64,000 nucleotides of DNA, from contig VJWM01000011.1 in the NCBI GenBank assembly GCA_010909165.1, positions 620,001 through 684,000 of the forward strand, in the 5' to 3' direction. The notes under the pieces are model-generated. The model was not told the origin of the DNA. It did not search any database and saw only the letters and a list, made by a program, of their open reading frames with translations. Within the stretch, counting starts at the first letter, position 1. Each line of letters begins with the position of its first letter. The position numbers and the translations under genes were made by a program. This document shows, piece after piece, positions 24,400 through 36,940 of this stretch. The stretch is from Anthoceros angustus. Lineage: Eukaryota > Plantae > Anthocerotophyta.

Positions 24400-27300
24400 G
24401 ACCTTTGTGAGTCTTCTTGCTAACGTGAGTCTGAGTCAGCGAGCACGGCGGCTCGGGAGATTGATCAAGGTCGGTGGCGGACTTAGCAGCGTTGTGGTGT
24501 GTGTAGGAAGGGTGGCGGTGACCGTGCTCGTCCGGGCAGCGGTGCCGCCGCAGGGCAGCGTGTGCGGAGGAACTCGGGAGGCGTGTAGAGCCTAGGCAGG
24601 CGGCGGAGCAGCGGAGGAGGTCGGGCTGCGTAACCAGCGTCTTTTCTAAGGCGAAGAGTGTAGCGTGAGGAGAGAGGAAAGGGCTGATGCGTGAGGATGT
24701 ATGTGAGCAATCTGAATGACGGGTCCTAAGCGTTTAGCCATAGGGCTGTCACGGTGGGCGTTGTGAGTAGTTAGGAGTATGTGTGTGTTGAGGCGAGCAG
24801 GCGCTAAGGGCGGAATCACAGGCAGTAGCGGGCCTATCATTCCCTTGGAGCGGACTTCTTCCTACAGCGACACGGGATTGTCAGCGCCGGTGCCATCGGC
24901 CAAAATCCACGCCACACATGGACCGAGGCAACCGGTGTAGCCCTCTACGGAGGAGGAGGGGTAAGCACCTCGGCAGCAGGGGTCCTATTATATTGCGGCA
25001 CATGGATGAGGAAACTTATGTTCTGGTCTATATGTGAATGGAGAACGCGTGCTTAACTTCATCCGTAATGCGTGTGGAAATAGGAGGATCGGGGCCTACC
25101 TCGCAAGTGAGGACCCAAGTGCATACTTCTACCACTGCGCCAGTGTGGGGTTGGCCCCTATTATCACGGAGGCGACTTTGGAGGAGTTGAGTGAGGAGGA
25201 GGTCAAGCTTGGGTGGGCGAGGCAGTGTAATCCTCGGCAATAGGCGGCCCGGAAGATCACTGAAGCTCCGATGATGCACTCAAATTCAGACGTCCAGTGA
25301 TGCAGTGAGGTGGAAGTAGTGGGCTTTGTCAGGCCAGCGTGGCGGAGAGCTCGTGGCGGCAATGGAGGCGTGGGGCAGGCGGCCAAGTCGAGGTAGGCAG
25401 CCTTGAGATAAGCGTAGGTAGAGGTGATAGCATCCTAAAGATAATTTGGTTAGGGTCTTTGCCTTTGGACCTAGGATCGCTCCGAATCGTGGGCGCGTCC
25501 TTCATGATAGCCATCTTAAGACACGAAAATCAGGGCATGGCGCCCCCAACGATGTATAAGAGGGCAACTTATGTCCTCACAGAGATAATTCGTTGAGATC
25601 CCCACGCATGGGCGGTTGGAGCGTCAATTAGCGGGCGGGGTGTGCGAGGCGCCCTAGGAATGGTCGAGCTTGCTCACTGTTGGGGAAGGGGCGATCAAGT
25701 GTCTTGCTGACCAAGGGGAAGGGGACCAAGAGGCCGGCGCGGGGCGGGTCTGGAGCTTGCTCGTAACGCCTGCTGTGTCGCTCTGGACTCCCCTCCCCTT
25801 CGCTTCTTTTCTCGCCAGCCGTGTTCTGAAATTGAGAGTCTGTGAGTGAGAGGATGCCTGGAGGGTGAATCGAGAGAAGGAGAGTGAGAGCAGATCGGGA
25901 AAGGAGAGACTAAGTGCTGTACGCGATGCGAGGTGCTGAAATGTGAGTGGAAAAAGAGGAGAAGAACCGTGGAGGGGATGTGGTTGGAGTTGGTGTGAAG
26001 GAATCGCGAACTGAGTCAGTGCTGTTTGGAAGAAGTGCGCATGGGAAACGGTGTTTCCTGGAGGAAATAAGGCGGTGCGGTACCTTTGTGTGTGAATGTG
26101 CATGTGTGTGGATTGAGTGTGGAGTGGGCTAGGAAACCCTAGTGTCAGGAAACTGGCTGGGAATAGTATCCGGGGTAGAGAATTATCCAGGCCACGGGGC
26201 AGGACAACTCCGTACCCGAGGACCGCGGCGCCGTAAGTCGAATCAGCCGTTAGGGTTTGGCGTGGGACCCACCTCGGTGGTCGTACACTACCGGGTAGTG
26301 ATGCGGACTTCCGCGGTAGCAGAAAGGGAACGGGGTCGGGAAGTTAGATTCGTGGTAGTTGGATAAGGAAGAAGGTAGTCGTAGTTGAGTGGATAGGTGC
26401 GAGAAGTGGTAGCGGTCTAGTCCAGGCTTAGGCAAAGGTTGGTAGTGATAGAAGATAGCGTCTTTTGGCACAAACCATTCCCTTGGGAGCGAATCCCAGG
26501 ACTACAACGACATTGAGGGTAAATGTGGACCTCACCGTGTCCCACGACACGAGTTTACACCCCACAGCAGGCGCAAGTGGCCCTTCTTCGAGACTCGTCC
26601 CTCCCATGGTGGCTCATCCCCGTCTCCACTCTTGCTTAGGTAAGGGAGCAGGTTCATGGCTTCTTGCTCAGCCTTGCATCCAGGCTTTCCGAATTGCACC
26701 AACCTCTTTTTCTACCGCAATGAGGTTTCACCTACGCCTGGTCCAGCCTTTGGCCTGCTCTGTCCAGGCTTGGAGCTGTGGGGCACCCCTAGACGACTCG
26801 GGACCCACCTTGCTCACTGTCCCGCGCATTGCTACACATGACGTCGTTCGCGACGTCATGTTTTCTCTGGCCAAGGAGGGAGGTTTCTTTCCCTATAGGG
26901 CGCGCCCTTATACTCTGCCTAACAGTTTCCCTCCATATGGATCTTTTTTTAGCCCAGGGGGACTAGGTTTTAGTTGCAGATGTGGTTGTCATTGACCCTA
27001 GTCGGGATTCCGTGAATGAGCATATGATGCTCAAGCCTCCCGGAGTGGGCAATGGAGGACGTAGGCCGGGGCCAAGTCGAGTAGAGATAAGCGTAGGTAG
27101 AGGTGATAGCATCCTAAGATAATTTGGTTAGGGTCTTGCCTTTGGACCTAGGATCGCTCGAATCGTGGGCGCGTCCCTTCATGATAGCCATCTTAAGACA
27201 CGAAAATCAGGGCATGGCGCTAACCCGATGTATAAGAGGGCAACTTATGTCCCTCACAGAGATAATTTGGTTGAGATCCCCACATGCTGTGGGTGGTTGG

Positions 27301-28150
27301 AGCGTCAATTAGCGGAGGCGGGGTGTGCAGCTCCTGGAATGGTCGAGCTTGCTCACTAGAGGGAAGGGGCGATCAAGTGTCTTTGTGACCAAGGAAGGGA
27401 CCAAGAGGCCGGCGTGGCGGGCTTGCTCGCTTGCCTGTGTCACTCGGACTCCCTCCCTTCGCTTCTTTTCTTGACCCGTGTTATTGGGAGTACATGGTGG
27501 GAGAGGATGCTGGAGGGTGAATCGAGAGAAGGAGAGTGAGCGGATCGGGAAAGGAGACTAAGTCTTTGTCTGTGATCACGAGGTCTTTGAAATGTGAGTG
27601 GAAAAGAGGAGAAGAACCGTGGAGGGATGTGGTTGGAGTTGGTGTGAAGGAATCATGAGTAGTCGAGTCTTTGTTTGGAAGAAGTGCGCATGGGAAGCGG
27701 TGTTTCTGGAGGAAATAAGGCGGTCGGTACCTTTGTGTGAATGTGCATGTGTGTGGATTGAGTGTGGAGTGGGCTAGGAAACCCTAGTGTCGGGAAGCTG
27801 GTGGGAATAGTATCCAGGGGTAGAGAATTATCCGAGGCCCGCAGGCGGGACAACTCCGTGCAGGGACGAGTCATGGTAAGTCGAATCGCCGTTAGGGTTT
27901 GGCGTGGGACCCACCTCGGTGGTCGTACACTACCGGGTAGTGATGGGACTTCCAGTGGCGAAGGGAGCAGGGGTCGGAAGTTAGATTAAGTGGTAGTTGG
28001 ATAAGGAAGAAGGTAGTAAGTAGTTGGTGGATAGGTGCGAGAAGTGGTAGCGGTCTAGTCAGGGCTTAGGCAAGGTTGGTAGTGATAGAAGATAGCGTCT
28101 TTGGCACAAACCATTCCCTTGGGAGCGAATCCGGGACTACAACATTGAGG
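24400..28150 (-). mobile_element. Degenerate LINE-like remnants (endonuclease end, linker, RT start), partly duplicated
   Basis: Minus-strand KPGLDRYHF...SSLSNYH (RLDRF/SDH-like) and RSDPRSKGKDPNQIIFRMLSPL (PK.GKDP...RPISL-like); 25355-27040 is repeated at 27045-28640. Confidence 0.4.
26600..27030 (+). mobile_element. CRE-clade non-LTR retrotransposon C-terminal fragment (Zn knuckle plus RLE start); copy at ~28230-28640
   Basis: AMRFHLRLVQP...CGAPLDDSGTHLAHC...THDVVRDVMFSLAKEGG...ADVVVIDP, homologous to the element at 51.3-52.4 kb. Confidence 0.6.
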
Positions 28151-28831
28151 GTAAATGTGGACCTCCGTGTCCCACGAGTTACACCTGACGCCGTGGCCCT
28201 TCTTGAGACTCGTCCCTCCATGGTGGCTCATCCGTCTCCACTCTTGCTTAGGTAAGGGAGGCGGGTTCATGGCTTCTTGCTCGGCCTTGCATCCAGGCTT
28301 TCAGTGCACCAACCTCTTTTTCTACCGCAATGAGGTTTCACCTCGCCGGTCATGCCTTTGGCTCTGTCAGGGCTTGGGTATGGGGCACCTGGGCGACTCG
28401 GGACCCACCTTGCTCACTGTCCCGCGCATTGCTACACATGACGTCGTTCGCGACGTCATGTTTTCTCAACCAAGGAGGGAGGTTTCTTTCCCTATAGGGC
28501 GCGCCCTTATACTCTGCCTAACAGTTTCCCATATGGATCTTTTTTAGCCAGAGGACTAGGTTTTAGTTGCAGATGTGGTTGTCATTGACCCTAGTCGGGA
28601 TTCCGTGAATGAGCATATGATGCTCAAGCCTCCGGAGTGGACAGCGGAGGGATGTTCCACGGCAAAAATTCGTAAATACTCTCCTATGCAGCAGGCGCGC
28701 GCCTTCATTTCCTCGCCATCGAGATCCATAGGCCATGGGCAAGGCCTTTTCTAGGTTTCGTAAGACCTGTACCAGGGAGTACCACAGTCTTAAAACCTGT
28801 ACCAGGGAGTACCGCAATTGCAAGAATGAGG

Positions 28832-28938
28832 TTGGCCGCCACAACGGGGTTAGTCCCCCATGGTCCGCCACAACGAGGTTAGTCCCCTTGGTCCGCCACA
28901 ATGGGGTTAGTCCTCCATGGTCCGACACAGCGGGGTTA
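28832..28938. repeat. ~28-bp minisatellite (4 units), with the interrupted unit resuming at 32487-32505
   Basis: Unit TGGTCCGCCACAACGGGGTTAGTCCCCCA; the last unit is split at TTA by the Harbinger compound. Confidence 0.85.
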
Positions 28939-29615
28939 GGGCGGATTCGCATGAACCCGCTTCCGGCTATGTTCAGTAAGTTTTTAACGTGGCGGGGCGT
29001 CCGCATGTAAAGTGGCAAACCGAACCCGAAACTTTTCGCAGCAGGTCTCCGGTGTCTTCACACACGGGACTGAAGACATAAGCCTGGCATTCTCTCCTAG
29101 GTTATCAAGAAGAATCTTCCACTCCTAGGTTATCAAGAAGAATTGGTGCACGTCATGAGCTCCTCTCAAAATCGCTAGACAGGCGAAATGTGAATTTGCA
29201 GATCTAAGTGTTGAAAACCCAAAATGAACACCGGCTATACCCGGGCTGCACTGGATGCAGCCCGTCGTAGCTTCTTTCCAGAGCCGGAATCGATTACAAC
29301 CACCTTAGGGCGGATTCGCATGTGGGCACCTCCGCTTCCGGAATGACATTTTGGCAGAAAAGGGCCCGCCACGAGACCATCTTTAGCATCTGAGGCCTTG
29401 CCCTATGTTTACGGTAGGGGGCTTTTTAGGTGGTTGTAATCGGTTCCGGCTCGGGAAAGAAAGCTCTGACATGCATCACAGTGCGGCCGGGTATATGGTG
29501 TTCAACATTTTGGGTCTTCAACGAGATGCAAATTCACATCTCGCGAGGAGCTCTCTCGCGAGTCTCGCGATTTTGAGAGGAGCACCAATTCTTCTTGATA
29601 ACCTAGGAGTGGAAG

Positions 29616-30770
29616 ATGGAGGCGACCACAAGGATTTGCTTCTTCCTCCAGCGTTCGTTGGTCATCAAAGGCATTATGCATGGTGCCTTCTCACCGTATG
29701 TCTTGCCCATAGATTTACGCCATTGGAGGTCAAGCTCCTCTCAAGAAGAGAGTGAGCCCAGGCGAACTACATGTCTTGCAGTGCAAAACGTGAAGATTTT
29801 GATCGACACCAAGCAGGTGGCACCAAGGAAAGGACCAAGACAGCAGCAGTCCGTTGGGCTGCCATTGTAGCTTCTTGTGCAAAACATGGGGTCAACAGGT
29901 CTGCCCGCCAGTGTCAGGAGAAGTGGGACTCTCTGTACTCTGATTTTAAGAAGATAAATGATTACCAGAAAGCGATTCCATCTGGCCAAGATGGATATTG
30001 GAGCATGGACAAGAAGTGTCGAACACAAGCTAGCCTCCCTGCAAAGTTTTTCTACCAGATTTTCGAACACATGCAGTCATGGCTCCAGCAAAGCAGAGTT
30101 GTGAATCCAGGCGGGTTGATCTTAGATTCAGGAGAGATGAACAATGCAGGTACAGCCACTCCAAGCTACAAATCATGAATTGAGTTGAATTTCCTTGTTT
30201 GTGGTTAGATTTAATTTGCTTTCGTTGTGTGCACGTGTTGACAATTTTGGCATACCTTCAAGTGGTTCAGTACAAAGGGATGAGGATTTTGATTTATTTG
30301 GACACCAGAATCCTACTGTATCTGAAGGAATGCCGAGCAGTTGTTGTCAACACACTGATGAGGACGTGGACCCACGGAACCATGGGACACCAGAACCTAC
30401 TAGGACACCAGAAACTAAGAGTACTGGTGTCTCACCTGCCAAGACCAGCACTCAAGGGAAAAGGCGGAAAGTAAGAGGCAAGTCATCAGAAGGTGTTCTC
30501 TCTACTTTGAGGAGTAACAACCAGGCCTTGGCATTGGCAGCTGCTGACACTAGTTGTGATAGAAGACACGCAGAATTGGTTCAACATGATCAACGTAGGC
30601 ATGAAGATATCGTACAGTTGGAGAACCACAGAATCGAGATTGATTCACAGAAAGCTGCACTTTATGTGTCAGCACTCAAAAGCATAGGTGAGAACATCAG
30701 ATTCGTTGGAGTGTATAGCAAAATCCAACAAGCCTTTAGAATGACGATTTTGTCTACTATAAAAAGTTGA
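29616..30770 (+). CDS. Harbinger MYB/SANT (trihelix) DNA-binding protein, 2 exons; 5' part frameshifted
   Basis: AKREDF...VRWAAIVASCAKHGVNRSARQCQEKWDSLYSDFKKINDYQ trihelix; GT-AG intron ~30150-30240; C-terminal coiled coil; start uncertain. Confidence 0.8.
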
Positions 30771-30775
30771 CTTGC

Positions 30776-32150
30776 CTAGGAAGTCTCTATTGATTCACAC
30801 GTGTACAACATTAGTGTTTCTCTCAATTTGTGGGATTCTTCAGCATTGTCTCCTTCGTGCCTTTCACCTTGCATGTGCACTCTTCTCTCGGGAACATATC
30901 CTTCAAACAGCCTGCAGTACTCAGGCTCACCATATTGGAGACGTATGTTATGCAAAATGCAACAGGCATATGTCACTTCAGCGAAATATTCAGCTGAACC
31001 CCTCCATACTTTTCGTCCAAGTATACGCCAGATGCATTTAAGTTGACCAAAGGCTTCCTCCACTATCATGCGAGTGGAGGACTGCTTGAAATTAAAAGAA
31101 TCCCACTGAGCTGATAGCTGCCTTCCAGGATATGGTGTGACAACCCAAGGCATGTCGGGATACCCGGCATCCGCCACAATGTATTCCCGAACCACACCTG
31201 TACTGAGTTGTAAGACTGGACCGTTCAAGCATCTTCCTGAACATGCATCAGCATACAACGAGCTGTTGAAAAATTCTACTATCTGTGGCATTTCCAGGCC
31301 ACCCAGTGACTACATCAAGGAAAGCTTTGTCGGGACCTACAACTGCCTGCAAAGCCATGGTGTAGGTGCCATACCTACCATACCAATCCGTGATTAGCGA
31401 GCCTGCAGGCAATTCAATGGTGAAATGAGTGGTGTCAATTGCACCACAACAATTCACAAATCCATGTTGAAGTTGAAAGCCTTGCTTGATCTCTGCGAAC
31501 CTTGGAGCAGTTGGCCACTGTAGGTGATGTTTGCCACGCTGCAAAATAGAAGTCACGAATCGACGACAAACATCGAAGGCCGTGGACGAACCTACACCAA
31601 ACAACTCACTGAGGGTGCGGTAAGAATCCCCAGTTGCAAGTCTTCGGAGAGCGATTCCAACTTGCTTCTCAACTGATAAAATTCTCCCTGGGATATTTCG
31701 GAAGCTAAGAATTTCTGTGGGTTGGAGGTCCACTGCAACCAGCGAACACAAGTAATAGAAAGAATCAGGCTTGAAGCGGTAGAACATAGCAAACCTAAGC
31801 GGATCCTCTCTTGCAACCAGGTTGTGGTGAAGGGAAAAAAGCCCATCCACTCTCGGCTTAATGTAATACTCGCCGTATTGCACCCCATGAAGCATTTGGT
31901 GAGAGATTCCTGATACACGCTGCAAGTGAGCTAGAAGCATTGTGATATCAGACTGTAAAGAGTGCAACACGGTCTCTAATTCTTCGAATTGGGCATCTAC
32001 ATCAAGTGGAGAAGAATCATTTGTCGACCGTCGCCTGCAATTACAACGATGAGGCCTCAAAACAATGGCATTAAAGGAATCAATTACTGCAAGGAGACCT
32101 CCAAGCAATGGTAGCAGACTCTCCATTTCAAACCAACAGAGCATCGGCCG
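30776..32150 (-). CDS. Harbinger DDE transposase (HARBI1/DDE_Tnp_4 family), one frameshift near 31275
   Basis: LSVEKQVGIALRRLATG..., GAIDTTH, LQAVV...VTGWPGNATDSRIF / NSSLY, ADAGYP...PY, RMIVEEAFGQLK..W, CCILHN; start approximate. Confidence 0.9.
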
Positions 32151-32919
32151 AGAATGCCAGCTTATGTCTTCAGTCCCGTGTGTAAAGACACCGGAGACCT
32201 GCTGCGAAAAGTTCCGGGTTCGGTTTGCCACTTTACATGCGGACGCCCCGCCACGTTAAAAAACTTACGGAACAGAGCCGGAAGCGGGTTCATGCGAATC
32301 CGCCCTTACCCGGGCTGCACTGGATAGCTTCTTTCCAGAGCCGGAACCGATTACAACCACCTAAAAAAAGCCCCCTTACCGTAAACATAGGGCGGGCCTT
32401 CCGTATGCTAAAGATGGTCTCATGGCGGGCCCTTTTCTACCAAAATGTGATTCCGGAAGCGGAGGTGCCCACATGTGAATCCGCCGATAGTCCCCCATGG
32501 TCCGGTGCCCTCCTCAGGGTTGTTCCCCCTTCTCTTGGGGTAGATGGTTTTCCCATCTCTTTTTCATGATAAAATCTCCTCCTCACATTACACAACATAC
32601 AGTTTGTCCTCAAAACAGTTTTCAATGCCCACAGCAGAGATCAAATCCAGGAGAGATCTTCACACAGCCGAGTAACAAATGTTGGTTGGCGTTCATGCTT
32701 TCAGATCTTCAGAAATTAGGAGGCTCCATGCCTCCTGTTTTCTGACAGGGAGCAAAAATGTGGAGGATGTAGCCCTCATGAGTCATGACCACAGCCGCAG
32801 GAGACTTCCCTGTCAAGGAATGAGAGACTTCTCTACAGGTTTACTGAAATCACAGCTAGAATGCCTATCTAAATCCGCACCGAATAAATTGGAACACACA
32901 AAGTGAACTGAGCGACCAA

Positions 32920-35214
32920 CTAGCTAGAAGCCATAACTTTGTTCATTGCTTGCTGGACTGCCCGGGCATATGTGTTATACTGGTAAGTCAGTGTAGCCTC
33001 CAACAAATCAGGCAGTGAAGTCGTCGGCTCCCAACCTGCAGCAGATATTCTGGTATCAGCGGGACGAACTTTGCAGAATCATACGGTGACACAAAGCAAT
33101 AGTCTCGATTTCTTACCGAGTTGTCGTTTTATGATTGTCATGTCGGGAATGCGTTTGTCACTGTCATCGTAACCCTCACCATAAAAGTCCTTGGAGCTGA
33201 CGTCCAGAGTTGGCACCTCTGGCTCTGGTTGCTTGCTTACTTTGCAGTAGATCTGCATTCAAACAGATTTAGCCTGAAGTATTCATTCCCCGGCTCCACA
33301 AGGTGCAACAGGGGATCCTCAAGGAGGTACCTTTGTCATAAGGTTTGCGAGCTCTCTCACAGTTGCTTCGTTGTCAGGGTTGCCCACATTGAAAATGTGA
33401 CCGTTTGCTTCCTCTGGATTCTCCTGAAAACTCACAATGTCCAGATAAGGATATGCACAGCTGAAGACATTATCAGGAACGTATGGCAAGTGAAACCAAA
33501 CTGGTTGCTGAACAAAAGGTAGTATGACTAATCTCACAATGATACGCAAGACAGCTTCAATAGCATCCTTGATGAACACAAATGTACGCTGCGATTTTCC
33601 CCCATCGACCAGCTTCAAAGGCTCTCCTCGCATCAAGTTCTGGACAAGGTAATCTGGTTAGAAGCAGGCATAAACAGCATGTATCAGATACAGGACTCAC
33701 GAGGCAGGCAAGGGCATGCTATGGAGCGTACAGTGCTGAAGCAAGCTAGAACTCGTGGCACGCCTTCACTTGGCCCATCCACACCCGGGATGAAGTCCAT
33801 TCGTGGGCCAATCCAATTGAATGGTCTCACTATTGTGAACTTCAGATCATTTTCAGCGCCCTCTGCTGCAAAACCCAAGTGTTCAAGCCACAACTGATCA
33901 GTGGCCCCACACAAATTCCTTCAGAAGCACAGAACACTGATCACAGAAGGCAGCAACTCATACCGTAGATCACACGTTCAATCAACTGCTTTGCACAAGC
34001 ATAAGACCAGCGTTGCTTTTCAATTGGGCCAAAGATGCAAGGAGATGCATCTTCCTTAAGGAGATAAAACCTTTGGTCCTGTTGCAGACCAAAATGCCAC
34101 GCTCAGCCACTGTGCTGATACCAGCTGGGAAGCAAATAAGTAAGAGCTGACTTTGCCAAAAGCTTCATAAACAAAAGACTGAGTGAGCAACAAAGCGCCC
34201 TGTTGGAGTAAGAGCTGCCACTCGACCCTCTGCAAGCCAGAGAATCCAACATGAGAGTTGGAGGGGATCCTTTGTCGTAGTCCACGGTGCTTTACCTTAC
34301 GTAAGGGACTGTCTTCTGGGAGAAAGCTCCCGACAGTCTTGCCATACACCTCACATGTTGAAAAATGGATCAAACGCTTCCTGTGATCTGTACAATGTCG
34401 GACCTGCCCCAAGACATCAGAGCAGGAGTCAGAACTGCTTCCTTACGCTGCAGGCAGCTGACAAGAGACAACAACCACGGTTCCGGATGCTCCATCTCTT
34501 AGGAAGAGAAAAGTTGCAGCTGCGACAACCTCCACAGCAAGGCCAGAGAAAAGTCCTAAAGTCTTACCACTGGCAAGGCATCGTTGAAATTGCTGTAGAT
34601 GGTATCGATAGGTCGAGTATTGTAGTCTGCTGGCGTGCAAATAGCAGCCAAATTAACAGTCTGAAGCACAAGGCTATTCAGTAAGTACGACGAACCACAC
34701 ACTCGCAAACACAGCGCAGCAGTCAGAGTAGCAACGACATCACGATCATGCAGCTAGAACATGCAAGGCCACTGTGCTGACGCCTCGAAGCCGTGCTAAA
34801 CATATCCAAGCGCCAGATCGCAGTCCGAGCGATCTTGCACTTTCAGCGACTGAGCACACCCCTCGATTGCTTGCTAGAACAAGAACACAAGCCTACAGCT
34901 AGACAGTAGATGACGTTTTAAGCTCATGAAAGAGGATGAAGGATCCTAACCACGTCCGCCTTCTTCACGAGCCCCTCCAAACGAGGATCCTGCTTGATGT
35001 TGAGCTTGTAAAATTCAATACGTGCACTCCACGGTTTGGAAGGATCAAGCAGATGCTGAATCTTGTCGCTGTAGACATCAATGGCTATTACTTGGTGCTC
35101 TGTCTCCAACATAAGTCTCTCACACAGGTGCGATCCAATAAAACCTCCGGCGCCAATGATGCACAGCTTCAGAGGTTTGATCTCCCTACCCTGAAGATCA
35201 ACTCGAGCAGCCAT
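32920..35214 (-). CDS. AXS: UDP-D-apiose/UDP-D-xylose synthase, multi-exon
   Basis: MAARVDLQGREIKPLKLCIIGAGGFIGSHLCE..., IHFSTCEVYGKT, FTIVRPFNWIGPRMDFIPG, FYGEGYDDSDKRIPDM, final exon GWEPTTSLPDLLEATLTYQ...*. Confidence 0.93.
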
Positions 35215-36599
35215 GCCTGCTGCGCGAGAGCTGAGCTGGAATTGAGAGGGGGCGAGGAGAAATTGGCAAATGCGCGGGAAATTTTGGCAGAGCAGAAAAG
35301 CAATGGCTTCCTGGAAGGCAATGTGTCGTCCGGACAAGGGCAACGGCGTGGGAGGAAGCGGAACACAAAACCTGGCCCCTTCGTACGGGAGAACCAGCAG
35401 CAGCAGCCGTGGCCGGGCGATTCAAAAACAAAGGGAGCCGAGCGATGGATAGCCTCCGGCCCCGCGGAGGAGAAGAGGGAATTGAGCAACAGCGCAAATT
35501 GACGCCGGGCACTGACTCCAATGCTATCCCGCAGCAACCACAAGACGCAGCGAGGAAGACATGAAGAGAGAAGCAATGCAGCAGGACAAGGACAAGGCAC
35601 ACGGCGCAGCTGTGAGTTGAGGAGAGACAGGCGGATGACAGCCGTCCAACGTGTTGCAGAAAGTAACCAGCCAGAGGAGCAGCAGCTGCGACCACTCGAG
35701 GTCAATGCGCGGAGGGTCAATGCAGGGCAGGCATGGCGGCGGGAGGCGACGAGCAGATACTTGAGGCGGAAGGGGCAGCCCTCGGACACTGAAAGCTCCA
35801 GGACACAGCTGCTGCTGCGGCAGCCATACCTTGTGCGGTTTCCAGAGTGCAAGCAGCGTTAAGCTTGGCTGGCATACCGCAAGCTCAACAGTGAGAGGAG
35901 AGAGAGAGAGCCCGAGCTAGAGCACGAGACGGCCAGACACATTACTAGGTAGCCATTCTAAGCGATTTGGCATTAAATGTTATCAGAATTCACGGGAAGA
36001 GTCTTGCATGTCCCTCTCTGAGGTGTTTGCTTTGTCTCACTTTGAGTTGTAGTAATCGTAATAGCAATTGTAGCAGCTTGTATGCAAAACATGTAGCCCT
36101 TGACTATTTCGGCTTATGTACACTCATTGATGGGATATTAGATTTTACTTAATTTAGAGGACCTTGAAGGACCTTACAATAGCAAAGATAATTGACTGCA
36201 AACCCTTACAACAGGGGCTTTGCAGCAAAAATCATGTATGAGGCAGCCATGAGGGCCAGTTTTCATGTAGTTTAGGCCGTCAACAAGAAAACACTTTCCT
36301 AACACCGACATGGGTATTCACATGCTTATGGCCATCATATGGTGACTGGTATTTATCAATCTTAAAATTCAATTCACTGCCAATTTCAAAGTATCATTAT
36401 ATCGAGCACTTCCATTCACTTTAGATTCGCAATTAGGCCTCCGCGGCCATCCCAAATTAGTTGTAGCTCATTGTTTGTAAATTCAAACCCGGCTCCCTCC
36501 CACGTCGGTTTCACTAGCGAACTAAACAAAGTGATGTTGCTTATGGAAGCTCGGGCCGAGCCCGGACTCATGAAAACTAGCGCTAAAGGTCTAACAAGA

Positions 36600-36940
36600 G
36601 CACGCCATTTTGCGGGTGAGACAACAAAGATCATATACTAATCAACCCCTAAGAACCTTACAACAACAGTCCTCTTTGCATGTGAGACTACAGAGACCAT
36701 ATATCATGTAGCTCCTAAAGGCCCTATTTGCATGTGAGGCAACAGAGACCATATATCAGGCAGCCCCCAAGGGCCCTATTTGCGTGAGAGACAACAAAGA
36801 CCATACACCAGGCAGCCCCTATGGACCTTGCAATAGCAGTCCAGATGGACTAAGCTTGGACATCACTCCAAGCTTGCCAGCCCTTAAGAGCTTTGCATTA
36901 GCAGTCCAGATGGACTACTAGAACATCACTCCAAGCCCCT
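36600..36940. repeat. ~52-bp tandem repeat (about 4 units) followed by a ~62-bp duplication
   Basis: Recurring TTTGC(A/G)TG(T/A)GAG(A/G)C(A/T)ACA(G/A)AGACCATA; GCAGTCCAGATGGACTA...ACATCACTCCAAGC occurs twice. Confidence 0.7.

Larger units (their letters stand above)
29308..32305. mobile_element. Autonomous-type PIF/Harbinger DNA transposon
   Basis: Perfect 15-bp TIR GGGCGGATTCGCATG / CATGCGAATCCGCCC, TTA on both sides (29305-29307, 32306-32308), convergent MYB and DDE genes. Confidence 0.92.
28939..32486 (-). mobile_element. Outer non-autonomous Harbinger deletion derivative (~550 bp excluding the nested insert), inverted relative to the inner element
   Basis: TTA-GGGCGGATTCGCATG at 28936; ...CACATGTGAATCCGCC(G)-ATA at 32486; 28939-29094 is the reverse complement of the inner right end, and 29114-29305 plus 32311-32486 are the reverse complement of the inner left end. 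Confidence 0.75.
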
